A stretch of DNA of 64,000 nt, taken from assembly GCA_043732705.1 (NCBI GenBank), contig JAYTHE010000043.1:9067-73066 (forward strand), given 5' to 3'. The position numbers were made by a program, and so were the translations under genes. The notes under the pieces are model-generated. The model worked only from the letters and a program-made list of their open reading frames with translations, ran no database searches and had not been told where the DNA came from. Below are positions 29,742 to 39,948 of the stretch, piece by piece. The number at the start of each line of letters is the position of its first letter. Position 1 is the stretch's first letter. Source of the stretch: Candidatus Omnitrophota bacterium. Its GTDB lineage: Bacteria; Omnitrophota; Omnitrophia; Omnitrophales; Aquincolibacteriaceae.

Positions 29742-30155
29742 ATGCAGATCAGCGATTTTCCCGTAATCAATGCGACGCTCAACGGCAGTAGCGCTGTTTT
29801 TTTATTGCTGGGGTTTTATTTTATAAAAAATAAAAATGTTCCCGCGCATCGCTTTTCGATGGTTTGTGCCGCAGTTGTATCGGCGGTTTTTCTCGGCTGT
29901 TATCTTTATTATCACGCGCATCACGGCGCCACAAAATATCCTCATCACGATTGGACAAGGCCGGTTTATTTCACGATTTTGATCACGCATACGATTTTGG
30001 CCGTGGCCAATCTTCCGCTAATTATCAGAACGTTGTGGTTTGCGCTGACAGGAAACTTTGATAAGCACAGAAAAATCGCGCAGATTACTTTTCCGATTTG
30101 GCTCTATATCTCCGTGACGGGAGTAATCATTTATTGGATGCTTTACCAGCGCTAA
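29742..30155 (+). CDS. DUF420 membrane protein
   Basis: INATLN, HRFSM, ILITHTILA, HRKIA..TFPIWLYISVTGVIIY. Confidence 0.9.
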   Translation: MQISDFPVINATLNGSSAVFLLLGFYFIKNKNVPAHRFSMVCAAVVSAVFLGCYLYYHAHHGATKYPHHDWTRPVYFTILITHTILAVANLPLIIRTLWFALTGNFDKHRKIAQITFPIWLYISVTGVIIYWMLYQR

Positions 30156-30185
30156 AACGCCAAAGTTAGACTCGAATGTGTGATT

Positions 30186-30430
30186 TATCTCAAAAGATAA
30201 ATTCAGATCTGTTCAGACAGCGCCGTTTTGGCGCGGCGAACTCACATCTCTGAATTTACTTTTGAGATACGGCGCAATATAGGGGTGGAGAGGCAATAAG
30301 CGGAAAAACAACGCCGTCCTACTTTATTACTCGAAGATTCCATATTTTCAAGCTGCTCTAGGCGTCGAAGAGATAAATAGTTTTCTGTTATATCCTTTTC
30401 TTGGCCCAGCCGCAGCCGGGCCAAGAAAAG
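30186..30430 (+). repeat. Family L copy B
   Basis: GTTCAGACA..GAACTCA, GGAAAAAC/GTTTTCT pairing, terminal hairpin. Confidence 0.75.
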
Positions 30431-30562
30431 AGAAAGAAGGCTTCAAAAATACGCTGTTTTTGCCGATACAGTTTCTTCAGAGATTCGCTATTATTTTTAA
30501 AGTTTACGAGGCCGCTGCCTGAAAGACAGAGCCTTAATTAATACAGCGCAAGGAGACAGAAC

Positions 30563-32077
30563 ATGAATTTTCAGCTCAGCTCGCTTTCGAGTTTAAAGGA
30601 CAAAGCGGATTTATTTGTTATCGGAGTTTTTGAAGGCGAAGCCTATGAAAAACAGGCCGCTAAAATCGAGCCCGCGTTTTCCGAAATGCTTTCGGATGCG
30701 AAAGCCAGCAAGCGTTTTATCGGTTCTTTTGCCTCCACCATGGAAATTTACGGCAAATCAAAGCTTGCTACGGAAGTCATGGTATTCGGCCTCGGGCAAA
30801 AAAAGAATTATAAAAAAATGTGCATGCGCAAAGCTCTCGCGGGCATTGCACAGATCGCGAGCGCCAGAAAAGCTAGAAAAATCCGTGTCGTGCTCGAAAG
30901 CTTCACCGGCGGAGAAGTCAAAGCCGAGGATGTGGTTTACAGCGCGGTGGAAGTGCCGAATCTCGCGCTTTATAAGTTTGATACTTATATGCAGAAAAAA
31001 GACGGAGTCAAAAAAAGCTGGCTTGATAATTTGCCGCAGAAAATCGAAATTGTTTGCACGGCAAAACAAAATACGCGTCTTTTGACGCAGGTTGCCGAAC
31101 GGTCCGAAAAAATAACCGAGGCGGTTATCCGCGCGCGCGACATTAACAACCAGCCCGCAAATATTATGACGCCTGAAGCTCTGGCCAAAATCGCGGTGAA
31201 GCTCGCCAAAGAAAAAAAATTGGGCTGTGAAGTTTTTGCGGTGCCTGAACTCAAGAAACATAAAATGGGCGGAATTCTCGGCGTGGGCATGGGTAGTGAA
31301 AATCCGCCGCGGCTTGTGATTCTTGAATACGGAAAAGAATATAAATCAAAAGGTACAATTTGCCTTGTCGGCAAGGGCGTGACTTTTGATACAGGCGGAA
31401 TTTCGATTAAACCGGCCGGACGCATGGAAGAAATGAAATATGATAAATCCGGCGCGGTTGCGGTGATTTCCACTTTGGCCCTGCTTGCGGATTTGAAACC
31501 TGCCGTGCATGTGGTCGGACTGACGCCGCTCGCGGAAAACAACGTTTCGGAAGATCCGCAGCGTCCCGGCGACATCATCACCTTGCATAACGGAAAAACG
31601 GTGGAAGTTATTAACACCGACGCGGAAGGCCGCTTGATTTTGGGCGACGCGTTGAGCTATGCCGCCAAATATGAACCGGATGCGATTATCGATATCGCGA
31701 CATTAACGGGCGCGGTGGTGGCGACGCTGGGTGACAAAGCATCGGGATTGCTCGGCAATAATGACAAGCTCAAAGACCAGCTTAAAAAAGCGGGTGAAAT
31801 TTCAGGCGAACGCGTTTGGGAGCTGCCGCTTTGGGATGAATACGGCGAGACAATCAAAGGCCATCACTCCGACCTTTATAATGTGGGCGGTCCTTACGGC
31901 GGTACCATCACGGCTGCGATGTTTCTGAAAGAATTCGTGCCTGAAAAGACAGCCTGGGCGCATTTGGATGTGGCCGGCACGGCTTGGACGGGAAGCGCAC
32001 GCTTCGACTGTCAAAAAGGTGCGACAGGCCTAGGCGTGCGTCTTTTTGCAGAGTTGATTACCGCCTGGCGGCGATAA
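30563..32077 (+). CDS. pepA: Leucyl aminopeptidase (M17)
   Basis: VGKGVTFDTGG, MKYDK, NTDAEGRL, DIATLTGA, WAHLDVAG. Confidence 0.96.
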   Translation: MNFQLSSLSSLKDKADLFVIGVFEGEAYEKQAAKIEPAFSEMLSDAKASKRFIGSFASTMEIYGKSKLATEVMVFGLGQKKNYKKMCMRKALAGIAQIASARKARKIRVVLESFTGGEVKAEDVVYSAVEVPNLALYKFDTYMQKKDGVKKSWLDNLPQKIEIVCTAKQNTRLLTQVAERSEKITEAVIRARDINNQPANIMTPEALAKIAVKLAKEKKLGCEVFAVPELKKHKMGGILGVGMGSENPPRLVILEYGKEYKSKGTICLVGKGVTFDTGGISIKPAGRMEEMKYDKSGAVAVISTLALLADLKPAVHVVGLTPLAENNVSEDPQRPGDIITLHNGKTVEVINTDAEGRLILGDALSYAAKYEPDAIIDIATLTGAVVATLGDKASGLLGNNDKLKDQLKKAGEISGERVWELPLWDEYGETIKGHHSDLYNVGGPYGGTITAAMFLKEFVPEKTAWAHLDVAGTAWTGSARFDCQKGATGLGVRLFAELITAWRR

Positions 32078-32190
32078 TCTTGCTCTGTTCGCTGATGCGA
32101 ACAACCGCATGCAAACAAGGGGCTCATTCAGTTTTAGGCTAAAAGGCCGTTAATGAAATGATAGCTAAAAGGTCAATTGAAGGAGGATTT

Positions 32191-32664
32191 ATGAAAAAAA
32201 CGGTTTCATATTTTGTTTTATTTTTAATGCTGTTGTCCGCGTTTCAAAGCACATCACGCGCGGACGGCGCTAAGCAAGGCGCGGCTTCTTTTGTTTTGCC
32301 GACAACCGGTCAGTACATGAATGGCGAATTCAACGAAGGTAAAACCAAGCTCATGGCCGGCATGGAAGTTGCCGCTATCACAACCACAGTTATTCTTGCA
32401 ACCGTTGTGGGCGGACCCATTGTTTGGGCCGGTATTGGGCCGCTGATTGCAAATCATACTTGGAGCGGTTACGATGCTTACAAAACAGCCAAAGAAAAAA
32501 ATGAAGACCCTAATGCCAACTACCCAACAGACGGCGGACAAGTTTATGATGCGCGCCGTGATCTCGATTTGGCGCGCCAGCAGCGTTACGATGCCGTGAA
32601 TAATCAGAATTTAAGTTTGCGCGAAAGAATGCGTCTCGCGGCCGAACAAGCCAACAACGGCTAA
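32191..32664 (+). CDS. Hypothetical exported/membrane protein
   Basis: AGGAGG RBS, signal peptide, internal hydrophobic segment. Confidence 0.7.
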   Translation: MKKTVSYFVLFLMLLSAFQSTSRADGAKQGAASFVLPTTGQYMNGEFNEGKTKLMAGMEVAAITTTVILATVVGGPIVWAGIGPLIANHTWSGYDAYKTAKEKNEDPNANYPTDGGQVYDARRDLDLARQQRYDAVNNQNLSLRERMRLAAEQANNG

Positions 32665-32792
32665 TTTTTTTGGCTCTGAGCAAAGCTCAACCGCAAACGC
32701 GCTACTTTTTTTGAAGTCGTTCTAATTTACCGGCGAAGCTTTCCTCTGTAGTTAGGCCCCGGTTGCGCGAAGCGCAGAGGAAAATTAAATCA

Positions 32793-34124
32793 ATGGAACC
32801 TTTTTCTCCCACAATCGCAACTCAGGTTCAACGCCTGCTTTCACAGTTAAAATTTGCGGCCAAAGCCTGGCGCGAATGGAACCGTGATAAGTCGCTGCCC
32901 GCGGACCGTTGGCTTGCGCGGATTTTTGCCGAGAACCGGAAAGTAATCGGTTCCCGCGACCGCCGTTTTATTTCCGGCTGTGTTCATCAGGTTTTCAGAA
33001 ATCAAAGTTTTTATGATTATTGGATTCAAAAATTCGCGCAAAGCGATGTTCGCGATCCTGTTAAATACGCAAAATTTTTATGCTTGCTGGGCGCGGTGGA
33101 AGACAGCTCCATTGAAGAACCGGTTTTTACGGCGGCCTGGAATGAAATCAAAGACCAGGCAGAATTAGAAAAGCCAGGCGATCTTTTTAAAATTATCAAA
33201 GAGCATACTATTTCCGAAGCGGAGGCCTCCGTTTCGCGTACCGGCTGGCTTGCGCTGCGTTATTCCTTTCCGGGTTGGCTTGTTGAGCGCTGGACCAAAG
33301 CTTTTGGCGATGCTGAATGTGAAGCGCTGCTCAAAGCCACGCATGACCGGCCGCCGCTTGTAATTCGTGCCAACACTTTGAAGATGTCCCGCGAGGAATT
33401 AATCCAACAGTTGGATCCTGCGTCCGGGCCCGAAGCAATTGCGGGTACCGTCGGCGCGATTCGTTTTCGTGAACATGCCCAGGTTAAGAATTCACCGCTT
33501 TTTACGGAAGGTTATTTTGAGATTCAGTCCGAAGCCAGCCAGCAGGTTGTTGAATTAATCGCGCCGAAGCCGGGAGAAAAGGTTTGGGATGTTTGTGCGG
33601 GCGGCGGCGGCAAAACATTGTTTCTCGCGGCGCTGATGCAAAACGAAGGCCAGGTGATGGCGACGGATTTGCGCTCGCTTGCAATTAAAGAGTTAAAATT
33701 ACGCGCGGAACGCGCGGGCGCGGTGAACATTAAAGCCGCAGATATTCAGCGTTTTTATAACGGGGAAGTGACCGAGCGATTTGATAAAATAATGGTCGAT
33801 GCGCCTTGCTCGGGCTCCGGAACGCTCGGACGTGCGCCTGATTTAAAATGGCGGCTTGAAGAAAAGAGCTTTGATGATTATGCTGTCAAGCAAATGGAGA
33901 TTCTCGAGATGGCGCTGCCTTATTTAAAGCCATCGGGGAAAATGTACTATATTACCTGTTCGATTGACCGCACTGAAAATGAAGGCGTGACGGAAAGTTT
34001 TTTAAAGCGGCATTCGGAACTAGTTTTGGATGATTTGGGCGGCTGTGCGGCCCAAGGGCTTAGAATTTGGCCCCATCGCAAAAATACGGATGGTTTTTTT
34101 ATGGCTTGTTTTAAATTCCGGTGA
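32793..34124 (+). CDS. RsmB/NOP family RNA cytosine methyltransferase
   Basis: DVCAGGGGKT, VDAPCSGSG, YITCSI..ENE, TDGFF. Confidence 0.93.
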   Translation: MEPFSPTIATQVQRLLSQLKFAAKAWREWNRDKSLPADRWLARIFAENRKVIGSRDRRFISGCVHQVFRNQSFYDYWIQKFAQSDVRDPVKYAKFLCLLGAVEDSSIEEPVFTAAWNEIKDQAELEKPGDLFKIIKEHTISEAEASVSRTGWLALRYSFPGWLVERWTKAFGDAECEALLKATHDRPPLVIRANTLKMSREELIQQLDPASGPEAIAGTVGAIRFREHAQVKNSPLFTEGYFEIQSEASQQVVELIAPKPGEKVWDVCAGGGGKTLFLAALMQNEGQVMATDLRSLAIKELKLRAERAGAVNIKAADIQRFYNGEVTERFDKIMVDAPCSGSGTLGRAPDLKWRLEEKSFDDYAVKQMEILEMALPYLKPSGKMYYITCSIDRTENEGVTESFLKRHSELVLDDLGGCAAQGLRIWPHRKNTDGFFMACFKFR

Positions 34125-34150
34125 GATTTTTTAAAAAAAAAGGAGATAAG

Positions 34151-34504
34151 ATGAAAAAGATTTGGATCGTTTTTTTTATGCTTTGCTTAGCGCCGGCTTT
34201 ATTCGCATCTGAGCAAAAAACATCAGACCGAAGTGTCCTTGCCGCAATCGGACATTTGGAGGGCCGCGGGTTTTCGAATGTTTTTTTATTTCCCGCTGAG
34301 TGGGGACATTTACCCAAACCCGAATACGGCGGCGTTCTCGGTTATCCGCTTGTGGGGCTGACACATTTAGGCGGACGTCTTTTTTCGGGTTTAACAGATA
34401 TTGCTTTTCTTCCCGTGGCGTATCCTTTTACGAAGTATGACGATTCTATCCCAGTCGGCCTGGGCTGGGGCGAATTCCCCTGGCAGAAACCAAGCAACAG
34501 CTGA
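34151..34504 (+). CDS. Small exported protein, TIGR04073-like (GRG..N motif)
   Basis: AAGGAG RBS, signal peptide, GRGFSNVF..P, R..SG..DI..P shared with the ORFs at 36827 and 51430. Confidence 0.6.
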   Translation: MKKIWIVFFMLCLAPALFASEQKTSDRSVLAAIGHLEGRGFSNVFLFPAEWGHLPKPEYGGVLGYPLVGLTHLGGRLFSGLTDIAFLPVAYPFTKYDDSIPVGLGWGEFPWQKPSNS

Positions 34505-34615
34505 AAAAGGCCATTCGCGTCGTTGAGGCCTTCGCTTCCTTCCGCGATGTATTATCGATACACCTTGGTCGGGCGCTTGCCCTCGCCTAGCGACTGATCC
34601 TTTTTGAGCCGTTGC
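34497..34615. repeat. Palindromic intergenic element related to family P
   Basis: CAGCTGAAAAAGG...CCTTTTTGAGCCG termini and a central GTAT..ATAC hairpin. Confidence 0.5.
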
Positions 34616-34631
34616 CACAATTTTTACATTT

Positions 34632-35372
34632 ATGAAGCCTTCCAATTTTTACATCATTCTTTGTCATCCGTTTACAGCAGATAATATCGGTGCCGCGGCG
34701 CGTGCGATGAAGAACATGGGTTTTTCAAATTTGCGTTTGGTGGCGCCGCGCCGTAACTGGAAGAAACGCGCTTATGTTTTGGCGCGCAACGCGTCCGAAG
34801 TTGTTGAGCATGCACGTGTTTTTGCAACGCTGGGCGAAGCAACTGCTGATTTAAATTGGACTTGTGGAACCACGCGCCGCGTCCGCGGTAAAGCCGCTAA
34901 ATTTTTGGCGTTCGAATCTTTTATCGATGTTGCCGGTAAAAAAAGCCGCGGTCTGAAAGTGGGGCTTGTTTTCGGTCGTGAATCCAAAGGCCTGAACGCG
35001 GAAGAGCTGGAACACTGTGATCAGCTGGTCAGTCTGCCTGCCGATGAGGCATATCCCTCGCTTAATTTAGCGCAAGCCGTTATGGTTACGCTTTTTTCTC
35101 TTTCACGAAAGCGTTTGTCGGGGGCAAAGACCGTTGTATCGATGCATGCGGAAAAGCCCCTTTTGGATAAATCCGGCGTTCAAAGCGCTATGCAGTCTTT
35201 CGCGAAGGCCTTAGAATGTATCGGTTTTTACGGCGGCAAAGACGGGCGCTTGGATAAAATTATGAAAGTGACAGAAGCTATTTTTAAACGCGCCGGCATG
35301 TTTGACTATGAAGCGCAAATGTTAAAAGGTGTTTCGGCGCGCATCATTGAGCGCACAGCACAAAAGAAATAA
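34632..35372 (+). CDS. TrmJ/LasT family SPOUT RNA methyltransferase
   Basis: NIGAAARAMKNMG, VFGRESKGL, YPSLNLAQAV. Confidence 0.93.
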   Translation: MKPSNFYIILCHPFTADNIGAAARAMKNMGFSNLRLVAPRRNWKKRAYVLARNASEVVEHARVFATLGEATADLNWTCGTTRRVRGKAAKFLAFESFIDVAGKKSRGLKVGLVFGRESKGLNAEELEHCDQLVSLPADEAYPSLNLAQAVMVTLFSLSRKRLSGAKTVVSMHAEKPLLDKSGVQSAMQSFAKALECIGFYGGKDGRLDKIMKVTEAIFKRAGMFDYEAQMLKGVSARIIERTAQKK

Positions 35373-35398
35373 TAAATCAAAGAGGCACAAGAAATTTT

Positions 35399-35947
35399 AT
35401 GGACGAAACAGAATTACGCAGCGCACTTTTAAAATTAATTCAGGAAAAAGCCCTGCGCCGCGGCGATTTCACGCTTGCTTCAGGTAAAAAAGCAAAATTC
35501 TATCTGGACGGCAAGCAAATTACCTTGGACCCTCAGGGATTGATGCTGACGGGGAAAATCATGCTCGCGATGCTGCATGGCGTCAAAGTGGATGCGGTTG
35601 GCGGCCCGACATTGGGCGCGGATCCGATCGCTGCGGCGCTTGCGCTTTTAAGTTCACAGAGCGGCAAGCCGCTGCGCGCGTTTATTGTGCGCAAAGAAGC
35701 AAAATTGCATGGAACGCAAAAAATGATCGAAGGACCCGCGCTGCAAAAAGGCGATCATGTCGTGATGCTGGAAGATGTAATTACAACCGGCGGCTCAGTA
35801 TTGAAAGCGATCAAAGAAGTTGAAGCGCTTGGCGCAAAAGTTGTGAAGACACTTTGCCTTGTGGATCGTAACGAAGGCGCGAAAGAAACTTTAGATGCTT
35901 ATGGGTATTCGCCGATTTTTACTCTTGAGGATCTCGGGGTTAGTTAA
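35399..35947 (+). CDS. pyrE: Orotate phosphoribosyltransferase
   Basis: FTLASG, VRKEAK.HG, LEDVITTGGS. Confidence 0.96.
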   Translation: MDETELRSALLKLIQEKALRRGDFTLASGKKAKFYLDGKQITLDPQGLMLTGKIMLAMLHGVKVDAVGGPTLGADPIAAALALLSSQSGKPLRAFIVRKEAKLHGTQKMIEGPALQKGDHVVMLEDVITTGGSVLKAIKEVEALGAKVVKTLCLVDRNEGAKETLDAYGYSPIFTLEDLGVS

Positions 35948-36032
35948 TATTTAAATAGAATTGATTTAAGAAAGCCTGAACAGAAATGTTCGAGCTTTCT
36001 TAATTTAAGATCGTACTCAAAAGGGTAAGAGT

Positions 36033-36275
36033 CTTTAAAGAAAAATTCATCCGCTCAGACAGCGCCGTCTTAACGCGGCGAACTCGCGGACTGAATTTTT
36101 CTTCCAAAGCCTTCTGCGCATAGCTGGGGTGTTGGGTTGTGATCAGAGAAGCAAAGTGCGCTGCTAAATGATGAGAGGCGCAACCGCATTTGTCGCCGCA
36201 TAAAGTCTTAAGGTTCTTCAAATAGCTTCCCACCATACCTTCTTTTTGGCTCTGCAAAGCAGGGCCAAAAGAAAG
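36033..36275 (+). repeat. Family L copy C
   Basis: GCTCAGACA..GAACTCG, GAGAAGC/GCTTCC, terminal hairpin. Confidence 0.8.
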
Positions 36276-36492
36276 ATGAACAAGGCTGTCAAAGTAGCTT
36301 CCCGTCTTGTTTTTCACAGTTTCGGAAAATCAGAAACTGTGAAACGAATGCTTACCTTTTTTTGAGAGCGAAAAAAGGTAAGGAAGGACCTTGGCTGGTT
36401 AAAGGGGAGACATTGAATTGCGTTCATAAATCGTTTTATGGGCGCAGTTTTGACGAGCCACTGTTTTATTTTCCTCTGCGCTAAGCGCAACC

Positions 36493-36735
36493 GTTTTACC
36501 GGCATCGCTTTGCTAAGCCGGTAAAAGATAAAATGGGAAACTAGTTTGCTGAGGTTGAGGGGTATCGTTGCAAAATAATCATAGAGCTTTCGAGAAATTC
36601 AGAATTCACTAGCTTGTTTCTCTGCTAATTGCTTCCACCGACCCTTATGCAGCAGTACTTTTAAATTAGGATTTAGATTGCGAGTTCTGCGCCGTAGGAC
36701 GCAGTTGTTTGAGCAGGATAAATCTTAATTTAAAA
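36493..36735 (-). repeat. Family L copy H (minus strand)
   Basis: Reverse complement reads GCTCAAACA..GAACTCG..AATTAGCAGAGAAACAAG..TAGTTTCC..hairpin. Confidence 0.8.
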
Positions 36736-36778
36736 ATAAACACGAAAAGAATAAATCAAAAAGCGCAGAGCATAGACA

Positions 36779-36814
36779 TAAAAAAAGCCGCACCTTTTTC
36801 AGATGCGGCTTTTT
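36779..36814. terminator. Rho-independent terminator (bidirectional type) after the 36827-37402 gene
   Basis: AAAAAAGCCGCA..TGCGGCTTTTT. Confidence 0.8.
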
Positions 36815-36826
36815 AAAAAAGAAGTC

Positions 36827-37402
36827 TTACTTGCTTACGTATTTATTCGTACCGTTGCTTGCGTAAGGAGAACCATTCTTATCAACATAACGGTTTACAC
36901 CGTTCTTGTCGACATAGCGGTTGGCGCCGTCATTCGGAGCGGCCCAAGTTGTTGCGCCTGATGGAGTCGTTGATGCGGCCCAAGTTGCGGCGGCAGCGGG
37001 TGCGGCATATTGAGAGCCTTCCCAGTTTTTGTTGGTATCGCTGCTTGATTCAAGACAGTTGCTGTATGAACGCGCAACGGGAATACCGTTGAAACTTGGA
37101 ACCCAGAAAGTAACGATATCAACAGCGCCTGAACCAATACGGAGAACAGCGCAACCCAACCCGCTGCCAAGTCCGGCTAAAGTTCCGATGATTGGAGGGC
37201 CGCTTTTTGTTTTGTCTACAGTCTGAACAATAATGTCTACCGGGCTGGTGATAACATTCACAAAACCGCGGCCAAGCATACCAACCGCTTTGCGGCCATA
37301 AGAAGGTGATTCAGCCATGGTCCAAATATCAGCGGCGTGAGCGTTTGAGGTGGTCATGGCAAGGATAAGAGCAAGACATCCAAGCTGTTTGAGTGATTTC
37401 AT
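36827..37402 (-). CDS. Exported TIGR04073-like protein with a repetitive C-terminal tail
   Basis: GAGGA RBS, signal peptide (NAHA), LGRGFVNVITSP..RIGSGAVDIVTF.VP. Confidence 0.7.
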   Translation of the reverse strand: MKSLKQLGCLALILAMTTSNAHAADIWTMAESPSYGRKAVGMLGRGFVNVITSPVDIIVQTVDKTKSGPPIIGTLAGLGSGLGCAVLRIGSGAVDIVTFWVPSFNGIPVARSYSNCLESSSDTNKNWEGSQYAAPAAAATWAASTTPSGATTWAAPNDGANRYVDKNGVNRYVDKNGSPYASNGTNKYVSK

Positions 37403-37578
37403 AGATTCCTCCTAGATTCAGTTTCAAAATAAGTTCAGGTAAAAAAGATTGCGACAGTTCGAAATAATACATGTAAGAAGGGCTTCAGGCAATATTTTTA
37501 TTCAAAGTCGCCATTAACTTAACCCTTTTTATAATAATACCTTACAAAAAGTAGCGTATATAACATTTATATCAAGTC

Positions 37579-37607
37579 TTGACAATTTATAGTATCTAAA
37601 GTACTTT
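37579..37607 (+). promoter_or_regulatory. Sigma70-like promoter of the small HTH gene
   Basis: TTGACA-17 nt-TACTTT; AACTAGCA direct repeat downstream. Confidence 0.55.
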
Positions 37608-37668
37608 AAGGAGTGAGAACTAGCATAATAGAGCATCAAACTAGCAATTTAAAACAAGGAGTAGAGTT

Positions 37669-37881
37669 ATGGATCAAAAGCCTGAAGAACAGGGTCAATT
37701 CCCACGCCGGGAAAGAACCCAGATTATGACACCTAAGGAAGCTGCTAAGTATCTTGGCTTCCATCTCGTAACAATTTATCGTTTGCTGAAAAAGTCAGAA
37801 ATTCCAGCAACGAAAATTGGCGGGCAATGGCGTTTTAAGAAAGACATTCTTGATGAATGGCTTATGAGCCGTATGAAATAA
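37669..37881 (+). CDS. Excisionase-family (HTH_17) DNA-binding protein
   Basis: MTPKEAAKYL..TIYRL..IPATKIGGQWRF; AAGGAG RBS. Confidence 0.9.
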   Translation: MDQKPEEQGQFPRRERTQIMTPKEAAKYLGFHLVTIYRLLKKSEIPATKIGGQWRFKKDILDEWLMSRMK

Positions 37882-37918
37882 AAATTGAGGAGGTGATTGG
37901 ATGGAACCTGTCACAGTT

Positions 37919-38857
37919 TCAATTTTTAAAGAGCGTGGTTTGGGCCGGTATTGCAGTTTCGGCTTTGATGGAAACTTCTATTGGCTGCTCAAAAAATCCG
38001 CGTTTTAACCAGCCGAGTCCAACCGTTTTTTTGTGGAACGGTGAATAGGCTCGGCTGGTCAAGCGCCCGATTTCTTCTCCGCTTTTCGGATCAATAATCG
38101 CAGACCCCGCCGCCGGTTGAGCCGAAGGCTCAGAGGCAGAATTATCAACCGCAGAGGATAAATTAAACATCAGTCCCACAAAGCTTCGGTTTAATCTTTT
38201 ATAAGTTTCGATTTTCGCGACAACTTCCTGCCCCGGATAACAGCCTTTTGTTTCGCTCGCGGATTTTTTTTCAAGCCGCGTTTCAGAAAGCATAATTGTC
38301 TCGTTAAAATCTTTTCCGAATTCTAAAATTCCGTTTTCAATCCGCAGAGTTTCACGTAGCGCTTCATCGCCACAGTTTTCACTTTTAAAAGTTACCGATG
38401 TTGATGGTGTGAGAGCCACGGCGCGCGGGCCGCGGTTTCCTTCGGGTTTATAAGTCATGGCTTGCGGCGCATTTACTCGGATCATTTTTTCTGCCGCAGG
38501 GCCCCAGATTTCGAATAAATTCCAATCTTTGCCTGCATCACGGATTTGAACGTCTTCGGTGATCAAGAATTTTTCAAGCAGCCCACAAATTTTGGAATTT
38601 GTCTCGGGTACGCTGAGAAGTAAAACCGAATCTGCAAGTTTCACGGCAAACATATAGGCCAGCACATGGCTTGTGGCGGAGAGCAGGGCCGTTTCGCGCC
38701 ATTCACCGGGGCGCATTGCCAGAATATCCTGTGACAAAATGTTGTGCAGGAAAACGGCATGGTCCGCGCCTGAGACTTGGATTTTAGCGCAGTCAGTACG
38801 GTCAAAAATTACAGCGCTTGTCCGCGCTTTTTCATAGAGCTCTAAATCAAGGTTCAT
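37919..38857 (-). CDS. YgfZ/GcvT family folate-binding protein
   Basis: KGCYPGQE motif, GAD..FLH, LRIENG. Confidence 0.9.
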   Translation of the reverse strand: MNLDLELYEKARTSAVIFDRTDCAKIQVSGADHAVFLHNILSQDILAMRPGEWRETALLSATSHVLAYMFAVKLADSVLLLSVPETNSKICGLLEKFLITEDVQIRDAGKDWNLFEIWGPAAEKMIRVNAPQAMTYKPEGNRGPRAVALTPSTSVTFKSENCGDEALRETLRIENGILEFGKDFNETIMLSETRLEKKSASETKGCYPGQEVVAKIETYKRLNRSFVGLMFNLSSAVDNSASEPSAQPAAGSAIIDPKSGEEIGRLTSRAYSPFHKKTVGLGWLKRGFFEQPIEVSIKAETAIPAQTTLFKN

Positions 38858-39882
38858 AATATTTCATCCAGAATTTTCTGATAAACAGCGGGAAAAGTTG
38901 ATTTTTTAATTTCCGCGTGTGTCATCCATTGATAGCCCGGCTCTTTCACGGTATTTTCAAACGGGCTTTGGAAAGCAAATGTGCTCAAAGTAATTTGATA
39001 GCGTGTAAAACCGTGTTTGTCTGTGCGCAATTTTTTCAAATCAGTTTTTTTAATTTCAAAGTTTTTAAGGCCGGAGTTGAGGTTTTCAAAGTGCGGCAAG
39101 GTCCACAGGTCGGCCCAGCGTTCGCCGGCTTTTTGCTTTCTGACTAGCAGGCGTTTCTTTTTATCGCGCAGCACAAAAGCAAAATGTTTCAGTTTGGTTG
39201 TTTTGACGGCTTGTGACTTCACGGGAAAACTTTCCTGTTTCCCCAAGCGGAAGGCTTCGCATAAATTGGAGACGGGGCATTTTTCGCAATCTGGACTGCG
39301 CGGAAAACAAACTGTTGCGCCCAGCTCCATGAGCGCCTGATTAAAATCGCCAGTTTGTTTTTCGGGAAGAATTTTTTCAGCGATTTCCCAAAGGCGGGCG
39401 ATTGTTTTTTTATCGGAAACATTTTCTGAAATTGCAAACAAGCGCGTTAAGATTCGGATGACATTGCCGTCGAGCAGCGGAACTTTTCGATTGAAGGCAA
39501 TGCTGCCTACCGCGCCGGCGGTGTAACGGCCGATGCCGGGAAGCGCGAGGAGCTCTTCGGCGCTTTCAGGAAGTTTTCCATTATGCTGCGCGCAAACAGC
39601 CTGAGCGTTACGGTGCAGCATTTTCGCGCGGCGGTAATACCCCAGGCCTTGCCAGAATTTTAAAACCTCCGGCTCTTTCGCGGCGGCCAGCGTTTTAAAA
39701 TCGGGAAAGCGTTTAAGCCAGCGTTCATAATAGGGAATGACCGTATCAACCCGGGTTTGCTGCAGCATGATTTCAGAAACCAGGATTTTGTAAGAGTCGG
39801 AGGTTCTGCGCCAAGGCAAATCGCGTTTGGATATTTGATACCAGGCGGAAAGCTGCTTTTGAAATTTTGCGATGCTCTTCAT
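38854..39882 (-). CDS. mutY: A/G-specific adenine glycosylase
   Basis: RDLPWR, SEIMLQQT, WQGLGYY, LPGIGRYTA, C-x6-C-x2-C-x5-C cluster. Confidence 0.96.
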   Translation of the reverse strand: MKSIAKFQKQLSAWYQISKRDLPWRRTSDSYKILVSEIMLQQTRVDTVIPYYERWLKRFPDFKTLAAAKEPEVLKFWQGLGYYRRAKMLHRNAQAVCAQHNGKLPESAEELLALPGIGRYTAGAVGSIAFNRKVPLLDGNVIRILTRLFAISENVSDKKTIARLWEIAEKILPEKQTGDFNQALMELGATVCFPRSPDCEKCPVSNLCEAFRLGKQESFPVKSQAVKTTKLKHFAFVLRDKKKRLLVRKQKAGERWADLWTLPHFENLNSGLKNFEIKKTDLKKLRTDKHGFTRYQITLSTFAFQSPFENTVKEPGYQWMTHAEIKKSTFPAVYQKILDEIL

Positions 39883-39948
39883 GATTTGTCATTATAATAC
39901 GGGATCAGCGTCGCACAGCAGCAAATGGATTAATTTTTAAAGGGCAAT

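Noticed and set aside
36000-36505. ORFs 36000-36317 and 36314-36505, and likewise 21266-21454, 30242-30424, 45668-45928 and 59062-59265
   Set aside because: They overlap or abut family L repeat copies, in inconsistent strands and frames, with no conserved protein sequence
37669-37881. Prophage or integrative element, suggested by the excisionase-like HTH
   Set aside because: No integrase, att-like repeat or phage genes nearby; more likely a standalone regulator
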